Shown piece after piece: positions 1 to 6,520 of a DNA stretch of 12,206 nucleotides (position 1 is its first letter; every line of letters starts with the position of its first letter). A program made the translations under genes and the position numbers. The stretch is taken from NCBI GenBank assembly GCA_963830915.1, contig CAWHOE010000028.1, positions 1 to 12,206 of the forward strand, written 5' to 3'. The notes under the pieces are model-generated. The model did not search any database. It saw only the letters and a list, made by a program, of their open reading frames with translations, and was not told the DNA's origin. This stretch comes from a candidate division FCPU426 bacterium (GTDB lineage: Bacteria; Oederibacteriota; Muellerivitia; Muellerivitales; Muellerivitaceae).

Positions 1-168
1 CGAGCCCAGGTTCCCGGTCCCGGAATAAAAGTCCACGACGTCGCAGTCCATCAAGGGCTCCAGCATGTTGAACAACGCCCCCTTGACCTTGTCGGCCGTC
101 GGGCGCACCCTCATCCCCGAGGGCGCCTTGATCGGCCGGCTCTTGTATTTTCCCGCGATCACTCTCAT
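1..168 (-). CDS. rsmD: 16S rRNA (guanine966-N2)-methyltransferase RsmD, N-terminal part (runs off the window start)
   Basis: Not in the ORF track. Manual translation from ATG at 168 gives MRVIAGKYKSRPIKAPSGMRVRPTADKVKGALFNMLEPLMDCDVVDFYSGTGNLG. This matches the RsmD N-terminus (MRxIxG...RPTxDxVKxALFN) and the SAM-binding D-x-[FY]-x-G-[ST]-G motif. It starts 13 nt after the corrected recG stop, and recG-rsmD is a common gene order. Confidence 0.93.
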   Translation of the reverse strand, partial: MRVIAGKYKSRPIKAPSGMRVRPTADKVKGALFNMLEPLMDCDVVDFYSGTGNLGS

Positions 169-181
169 ACGTTCGCCTTTT

Positions 182-2568
182 TCACGATATCTGCGCCAAG
201 TTCAGTAAACCTTTATAACGGTTCCCCAACTTCTCCCGCAATACCCTTTGGTCCGCCCCTTCCAGCTTGGGGTCCTTCCCCAGGACCCTTTGGCCGCGGC
301 CCTGGCCTTGTCCACGATCTCCACGTCCCGTTTCAGGTCCACCAAACCGCCTTCCCTCCGGCCCGATTGGGCCACCCCGAATATCTCGCCCGGGCCCCTG
401 GTCCTCAAGTCGAATTCCGACAGTTTGAAACCGTCGTTGGTGGAGACCATCATCTTGACCCGCTCCACCGCCTCCCGGGATATCAGTTGGGACGTGATCA
501 GGAAGCAATAGGATTGGTCCGACCCCCGTCCCACCCTGCCCCTCAACTGGTGCAGTTGAGCCAGGCCGAAACGCTCGGCGTGCTCAACGACCATGATGGT
601 CGCGTTGGAAACATCCAGTCCCACTTCCACCACCGTGGTAGAAACTAGGATTTGGATCTTCTTTCCCACGAAGTCCCTCATCACCAACTCTTTTTCCTCT
701 TTATCCATCTTTCCATGGAGCAGTCCCACCTTGAAACCATGGAAGGTCTGGTCCTTGAAGAACCGGTACATCTGGATGGCGGATCTCAGGAAATTCTTCG
801 ACTCGTCCACCACCGGGTAGACCAGGTAGGCCTGTTCGCCCTTCAAGACCCTTTCGCGGATGAACTGGTAGACCTCGGTCTTTTGCGCCTCGGTCTTCCA
901 GGCCGTCTGGATGGGTTTCCTTCCCTTGGGCGACTCATCCAGCACCGACAGGTCCGTATCCCCGTACTCGGTCAAGACCAGGGCCCTGGGGAAAGGGGTG
1001 GCGGTCATCATCAGTACGTCCGGCCACCGGCCCTTCTGTTCCAAGGCCGCCCTCTGCAGCACGCCGAATTTATGCCTCTCGTCGATGACCATGAACCCCA
1101 GGTCCTTGAACCGCACGTCCGGCTCGAGCAGGGCATGGGTCCCCACCGCCAGGTCGACCTGCCCCTCCCTCAGTTTTTCCAGGGTCTCCCTTTTCTCCTT
1201 CGCTTTCATGTCGCTGGTCAAAAGCGCCGTTCGCAAACCCACTGGCCCCAGCAGTTGGCCGATGGTCCGAAAATGCTGTTGGGCGAGTATCTCGGTCGGC
1301 GCCAGAAGGGCGCTTTGGATCCCCGAATCGGCGGCGTAGAGGAAACAAATGGAGGCCACCAGGGTCTTCCCGCTTCCCACATCGCCCTGCAAAAGCCGGT
1401 TCATGGGGTAGGGCTGGCCCAGATTGGTCCGGATCTCCTTCACGACCCTCCGCTGGGCTTGGGTCAATTGATAGGGGATGGTCTTGCGGAACTTAAGGAC
1501 GCCCGGGCCTTCGAACTGGTAGGTCCTTCCCTTGCGCCGGGATTCCACCTCGTTTCGCTTCAGGATCAGAAAGGCCTGCAGGAGGAACAACTCCTCATAA
1601 GCCAGCCTTTGGCGGGCCGCCTCGAAATCCTCCAGGCTCTTGGGGTCGTGGATCCTTAGGAAGGCCTCTGAAAGGTCCGGCAGTTTCGATCCCGGGTCGA
1701 TCGTCTCAGGAAGCGATCTCTTGGTCTTTTCCAGGACCTTTCCGATCAGGTCCTTCCAAAAAGCCTGGGTCAAGGTCGGCGTGGAGGGATAGACGACCAT
1801 GACCTTGCCCGAATTGAGCGCCTGATGTTCCTCCTCGGTCAGGAACTCGAAGGCGTCGGCCCGGCCGATGATCTGTTTTCCCCATGGGGAGACCTGGGGC
1901 TTGTCGTGCAGTAGCACCCAGCGCCCGGCGGTCATTTCTTTCTTCAGGTAAGGCCTGTTGAACCAGACCCAGGTCAAATGCCCGCTTCCATCCTCCAGGA
2001 TGACCTTCAACATCTCCCTCTTGCCCTGCCGGGTCTGGGAGACCCCGTTGATCCTGGCCTTGAGGAAGGGTGTTTCCTCTTTTTTCTCGGCCTGGGCGAT
2101 GGTGGACAAAAGGGACTGATGGACTGCCCACTTGGGGGAGAAGTAAAGCAGTTCTTCCACCCTCTTGAGCTTGGTCAATTGGAAGGCGCGGACCTTGTCC
2201 TTCGGGACCAAAGGAAGGATCTCGTCCTCCAACACCGAAGAAGGCCGCGCGGCCGTTTGGTCCAGCCCCTCGGCCTTGTCCGCCCAATCCCGCAGGTCGA
2301 CGATCGCCCGGGAAACCAATAGGCGGCGTTCCTCGTTCCTCAAGGTCATATATTGGGTGAAAGCCCCCCGCAAACCCCTCAGGTAATCGGCGAGCGGCTT
2401 GGTCCCGGTCCCGCCCGGAGGCAGGTCCTGCCCGATCGACTCTAGCCGTTTCATCAAGAAACGATCCAGGCCGCCTACGACCGATCGGTTGGTAAAATCC
2501 TGTTTTTCTTCCAACCGGAGGGGTTTCAACAGGTCGGCTAGGTCTTTCTTCAGCGGGGGCATGGACAC
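182..2568 (-). CDS. recG: ATP-dependent DNA helicase RecG, with an apparent 1-nt deletion near 286-291 close to the 3' end
   Basis: ORF 202..2568 has a wedge/OB region (LEDGSGHLTWVWFNRPYL), Walker A (RLLQGDVGSGKT), LAPTEILAQQH, motif II IDERH, MTATP, QLHQLRGRVGRG and the TRG motif DGFKLSEFDLRTRGPGE. After ARAAAK, the RecG-like tail (RVLGKDPKLEGADQRVLREKL...LAQIS) lies in the frame of ORF 182..508. Adding one base gives about 795 aa. The start is GTG 2568 or ATG 2562. Confidence 0.96.
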
Positions 2569-2601
2569 CTCAAAGGATCACGGCTTGCTTTGCGGGGATT
2601 T

Positions 2602-2610
2602 ATCATAACA
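2602..2610 (-). promoter_or_regulatory. Candidate extended -10 promoter element for recG-rsmD
   Basis: The minus strand reads TGtTATGAT (TGn plus a TATAAT-like hexamer) about 35 nt upstream of the recG start. No -35 at canonical spacing was found. Confidence 0.45.
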
Positions 2611-2647
2611 TTGACCTGGTCGCGCAAGGGGAGAAGCCAGAAAAAGC

Positions 2648-2677
2648 TTGTTTAATTTAAAGGCCTTTGCTTATAAT
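2648..2677 (+). promoter_or_regulatory. Candidate sigma70-type promoter for rpmB
   Basis: TTGTTT (2648-2653), an 18-nt spacer, then a perfect TATAAT (2672-2677). An A-tract lies just upstream, within the AT-rich divergent intergenic region. Confidence 0.6.
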
Positions 2678-2790
2678 GCCCGCTCTTGGCTGACCGTTTC
2701 ATCACCAAACCTGGCATCCATGGTCCGCCTCACTAAGTTCTCGAAGCATTCAAGCGATTTCCAGGTAAGTTCAGATGAGGAGTTATTTCC

Positions 2791-3045
2791 ATGGCTCAAG
2801 TTTGCGACATTTGTGCGAAGAGACCTATCAAGGCCCGCAAGATCACCCGTCGTGGTAAGCCGAAAAAGACGGGCGGTATCGGTCTGAATATCACCGGTAT
2901 CCACCAAAGGCGCCAAATGCCTAACCTGCAAAGCATCCGGGCCGTCATCAACGGGAAACCCCAGCGCGTCCTGGTTTGTACCCGCTGTCTCAGGTCCGGC
3001 AAGGTCCAAAAACGCTCGGTCCAACCCCGCCAGAAAGCTTCCTAA
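2791..3045 (+). CDS. rpmB: 50S ribosomal protein L28 (bL28), form with two CxxC pairs
   Basis: 84-aa basic protein MAQVCDICAKRP...RRQMPNLQSIRAVINGKPQRVLVCTRCLRSGKV. CxxC, PNLQ and VCTRCLRSGKV are L28 hallmarks. SD GAGGAG is at 2777-2782. Confidence 0.96.
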   Translation: MAQVCDICAKRPIKARKITRRGKPKKTGGIGLNITGIHQRRQMPNLQSIRAVINGKPQRVLVCTRCLRSGKVQKRSVQPRQKAS

Positions 3046-3061
3046 GTCCTTCGTTAAACCG

Positions 3062-3102
3062 CCGGGGGTCTTGTTCGAACCGCATCGGAACAGGATCCTC
3101 GG
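3062..3102 (+). terminator. Long stem-loop between the convergent rpmB and lipoprotein genes (possible terminator or 3' stabilising hairpin)
   Basis: CCGGGGGTCTTGTTC (3062-3076) pairs with GAACAGGATCCTCGG (3088-3102). This gives 15 bp including G-U pairs on the plus-strand RNA, with an 11-nt loop. No U-tract follows. Confidence 0.5.
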
Positions 3103-3510
3103 TCACCTCAACGCGCGCCCCTGATATTTCCAAGTCCCGCTTTTCCATACCCAGATGAAGGTCTCGCTGGAAAAACTCTGCACGCTTCCCGACTGGAAGG
3201 ACCAATTCAGTTTGACCTTGGCGGTCGAGTCGTTCACCCAGGCCAATGAGGCGATCTGGCCCCCGATCAGGGTCGCGTCCTGGACCCAGCTCTTCATCAG
3301 ATGCTTTTTCAGGCTGTCCACGCTGTCGAAATCGCCGACCGATTGGACGATGACATCGTTCCAATTCCCCTGGACCACCGAGTTGACGAAGGAATCCACA
3401 TTCTGCTTGAGGACCTGCTCCCGCGCGATCTTATCCTCCATCGACAAGGAACAGCCCACGGCCGCGATCAGGAAACAGCCGGCTAACAGCCTGAGTATGG
3501 AAGCCCTCAT
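3103..3510 (-). CDS. Putative lipoprotein of unknown function (about 135 aa), possibly NTF2-like fold
   Basis: ATG at 3510 lies 6 nt after a perfect SD (GGAGGTG), so it is preferred over the track's start at 3528. MRASILRLLAGCFLIAAVGC looks like a signal peptide with a lipobox-like AVGC. A helix-then-beta pattern ending in WVWKSGTWKY is reminiscent of NTF2-like domains (inference). Confidence 0.75.
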   Translation of the reverse strand: MRASILRLLAGCFLIAAVGCSLSMEDKIAREQVLKQNVDSFVNSVVQGNWNDVIVQSVGDFDSVDSLKKHLMKSWVQDATLIGGQIASLAWVNDSTAKVKLNWSFQSGSVQSFSSETFIWVWKSGTWKYQGRALR

Positions 3511-3524
3511 ATCACTCACCTCCG

Positions 3525-3983
3525 TCAAGAACCCTTGAGATACTTCTTCTCGATATCCACGATCTCCTGCACCCGGCGCGCGTGCCGCTCCACGTTGCTG
3601 AAGGTCGACTTCAGCCAGACATCCGCCAGGCCCAGGTTGGTCTCGATCGGCAGTTCCCGGCCCGCCAGGACCAGCACGTTGGAATTGTTGTGGATCTTCG
3701 TGTCGGTCGCCATACGTTCGGTCATCACCAGGGAGGCCCGGACCCCGGGCACCTTATTGGCGGCGATGGACATCCCGATGCCCGTCGAGCAGACCAGGAT
3801 CCCGAAATCGGACTTTTTGTCGACCACCGCCCGGGCGACCTTCTCGGCGAAAGGCGGGTAATCACAGGGTTGGTCCGTTAAGGTCCCGTAATCCTCCACC
3901 TCATACCCGGACTTTCGAAGATGATCCGCCAGGGCTGCCTTCGTTGGGAACCCAGCGTGGTCCGACCCGATCGCGATTTTCAT
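3525..3983 (-). CDS. rpiB: Ribose-5-phosphate isomerase B (RpiB/LacA/LacB family)
   Basis: MKIAIGSDHAG, DYP, GILVCSTGIGMSIAANKVPGVRA, HNNSNVL and the C-terminal RHARRV are RpiB signatures. Confidence 0.95.
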   Translation of the reverse strand: MKIAIGSDHAGFPTKAALADHLRKSGYEVEDYGTLTDQPCDYPPFAEKVARAVVDKKSDFGILVCSTGIGMSIAANKVPGVRASLVMTERMATDTKIHNNSNVLVLAGRELPIETNLGLADVWLKSTFSNVERHARRVQEIVDIEKKYLKGS

Positions 3984-3984
3984 T

Positions 3985-4453
3985 TTACCCCTTGTTCTGG
4001 ACCGAGTTTAATCGGTCGGATGATTTCAGCAAGAAGGCTTCCATCTGGGCCAGGACCGTTCGATACACCTCGATCCCTTGCCCCACCGGTATCCTCCACG
4101 TCCACCGGGTCGTCCCCGGCCAATTCGGATAACTGTACGACCTTCCCATCCAACTGAGGCATCTTCTTGAGGATGATCTCTTTATGCTTCCCCGTCATGG
4201 TCACGATCAAGTCGCTTTCCATCACCAGGGCCTTGCTCAGGGGCTGGCTTTGGTGGCCCGAAAGGTCCAGGCCCTTTTCCCGCCCGGCCTCCACGGCTTC
4301 CGGGGCGGCCGGTACGCCGTTGAACGCGGCCAGACCGGCGGATCGGGCTTCCAGGTCCCAACCCATTTCCGAGGACATTTTCCTTAACAGGCCTTCCGCC
4401 AGGGGGCTTCGGCAGGTGTTTCCCGTGCAGACGAATAGGATCTTTTTAGGCAA
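3985..4453 (-). CDS. Low-molecular-weight phosphatase, YwlE-like (probable protein-arginine phosphatase), with an apparent 1-nt insertion at about 4090
   Basis: TTG start after GGGAGGG, and the P-loop ILFVCTGNTCRSPLAE. Removing one base in GAT-A-CCG restores the acid loop and final helix (DVEDPVGQGIEVYRTVLAQMEAFLLKSSDRLNSVQNKG*). The stop then falls at 3985-3987, 1 nt before the rpiB ATG, giving about 155 aa. Confidence 0.88.
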
Positions 4454-4480
4454 CGCTTCCCTCCCCGAAGGAAGTAGGCG

Positions 4481-5140
4481 TCATTCCTTGATCAACTGGT
4501 TCAAAAGTTTCTCCACCCGGGTGATCTCCTCGGTGGAGACACAGCCCTTGCGGATGATGGAATATTCCCTGCGGTCGATCCTGGCCACCGCCGTCTCGCC
4601 GCCCAGAGGGCAAACCCCCGCGTCCAGGACCGCGTCGACCTTGGCCAAGATCTCCGGGTCGATGTCGCTCAGACGCACCGGGCTCTTATCGCCGGAAAAA
4701 TTGGCGCTGGAGACAGCCAGCGTGTCCCCCACGTTGCGAAGCAGTTCCAGGGCGATGCCGTGGTCCGGGCACCTGAGGGCGACCGTACCATCCGGGCCCA
4801 TCCCGCCGGGGGATAGGGAGGAAACCTTGGCCCTGCGGATCAGGGTCCAGGGACCGGGCCATATCTTCTTGAGTATCTCCAGGTCCTTCTCCCGAAAATC
4901 GGCGATCTCCAGGGCCACTTCCGGCCTGGAGATAAGGATGGAAAGGGATTGGTTCAGGGGCCTTTCCTTCAGCTTGAAGATCCTCTTCAAAGCCTCGGGC
5001 TTTTTGACCGAACAGCCGATGTCATAGACCGTATCGGTCGGGAAAACGGCTATCCCGCCGTCCTTGATGACCTTGGCCACTTCCAACAGGTTGGCGGGTG
5101 TGTGGTCCAAAGGTTTAGAGTTGGTTTTCTCGCCGCTCAT
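4481..5140 (-). CDS. tsaC: L-threonylcarbamoyladenylate synthase (TsaC/YrdC, short form without the Sua5 C-terminal domain)
   Basis: GGIAVFPTDTVY, IFKLKERP (KxR), WPGPWTLI, TVALRCPDH and SSANFSG motifs; 219 aa. Confidence 0.9.
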   Translation of the reverse strand: MSGEKTNSKPLDHTPANLLEVAKVIKDGGIAVFPTDTVYDIGCSVKKPEALKRIFKLKERPLNQSLSILISRPEVALEIADFREKDLEILKKIWPGPWTLIRRAKVSSLSPGGMGPDGTVALRCPDHGIALELLRNVGDTLAVSSANFSGDKSPVRLSDIDPEILAKVDAVLDAGVCPLGGETAVARIDRREYSIIRKGCVSTEEITRVEKLLNQLIKE

Positions 5141-5230
5141 GAATATTCCCTGTCTTTAAAAAGATTTGTTCGACGTATCTTCATTTGATTTTCTCAAAGA
5201 AAATTGGTTTTTTCAGTAGGAAACGCAATT

Positions 5231-6506
5231 TTATTTGTGTTGAAGCGCCCGCCATCCGATGTCCTTGCGGAATTGAGCTCCCTCGAAATGGATCAAGCTT
5301 ACCCCTTGGTAAGCGGCCTTGAGAGCGTCCTGGATGGTCTTTCCGACCCCGGTGACGCAAAGCACCCTTCCTCCGGCCGTGACCACTTTCCCCTCTTTCT
5401 TCGCCGTTCCCGCGTGGAAAACATGGACATTAGTCGTTCTTCGCGGCGTCCGCCAGCCCCGTGATCTCCATCCCCTTCGGGTAAGAACCGGGATAACCCT
5501 TGGAAGCCAGCACGATGGAAGCGGCGGGTCTGTCATCCCATTCGATCCTCAACCGTGACAACTCGCCCTTGGCGACCGCCATACACACATTGACAAAGTC
5601 GGTCTTCAATCGGGGCAGAACCACTTGGGTCTCTGGGTCGCCGAACCGGCAGTTGTACTCGATCACGCTGGGGCCGTCCTTCGTGATCATCAAGCCAGCG
5701 TAGAGCACTCCCCGATAAACGATCCCCATTTTTTTCAGGGCGTCCACCGTTGGCCGCAGGATCTTGTCCATGATCTGTCGGTCCATCTCTTCCGTCACGA
5801 CCGGCGCGGGGGAATAGGCCCCCATCCCGCCCGTGTTGGGCCCCTGGTCGCCGTCGAATATCCTTTTATGGTCCTGGGCGCTCACCATGGGGACGATGGT
5901 CTCGCCGTCCACGAAGGCCAGCAAGGAGGCTTCCTCGCCCTTCAAGAACTGCTCGATGACCACTTTCTTCCCGGCCTCGCCGAAAACCTCGCGGTTCATG
6001 GCCTCGTCCAGGGCGGCTTCCGCCTGTTCCAATGTCTCGCAGACCGTCACGCCTTTACCCGCCGCCAGGCCGTCGGCCTTGATGACGATGGGCGCTCCCC
6101 GCTTGCGCAGATAAGCCCTGGCCTTCTTGAAATCGATGAAGGTCTTGGACTCGGCGGTGGGTATGCCGTTCTCAAGGAGCAGGTCCTTGGTGAAGGCCTT
6201 GCTGGCCTCGATCTGGGCGCCGGCCTTGGTGGGCCCAAAGACCAGGAACTTCTTCTTGATCAGCTCGTCGGCCAGTCCCAGGGCCAGGGGCACTTCCGGC
6301 CCGATGACCACCAGGTCCGGCTCATGGCTCACGGCCCATTCCACCAGCGAGGGGATATCATCGGCCAGGATGTCCAGGCACTCCGCCACCTCCGCGATGC
6401 CCGCGTTGCCGGGCGCGCAAAAGAGCTTGGGGCGCGAGGCCGACTTGGCCAGTGCCCAGCAGATGGCGTGCTCGCGGCCTCCCGAACCGACGACCAGGAT
6501 ATCCAA
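5231..6506 (-). CDS. purD: Phosphoribosylamine--glycine ligase PurD, with an apparent 1-nt insertion near 5432-5441
   Basis: ORF 5430..6506 has ILVVGSGGREHA, APGNAG, IKADGLAAGKGV, QDHKR, GPNTGGMGAYSP and EYNCRFGDPETQ. The C-domain (VFHAGT...TAGGRVLCVTG...FRKDIGWRAL) continues in ORF 5231..5536. Removing one base gives about 424 aa. TTG start after GGAGG. Confidence 0.96.
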
Positions 6507-6520
6507 AGGAACCCTCCCTG

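Noticed and set aside
1..10. Possible sixth frameshift in rsmD (GNLGS rather than the usual GNLG[LI]E)
   Set aside because: It lies at the window edge, so the downstream sequence needed to test it is not visible.
652..1659. 335-aa plus-strand ORF (and similar ones at 4167..5027, 5625..6524, 7190..7858, 8666..9262 and 9531..10499)
   Set aside because: These are antisense shadows of well-supported minus-strand genes. They are expected with GC-rich codon usage and show no recognisable motifs.
2671..3024. Minus-strand ORFs 2671..3024, 2796..3002 and 2990..3364
   Set aside because: They overlap rpmB in antisense or the lipoprotein gene out of frame, and have no recognisable protein features.
5425..5445. 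Programmed frameshift or genuinely split purD
   Set aside because: No recognisable slippery heptamer or stimulator is present, I know of no PurD recoding precedent, and a one-base correction gives a normal-length enzyme.
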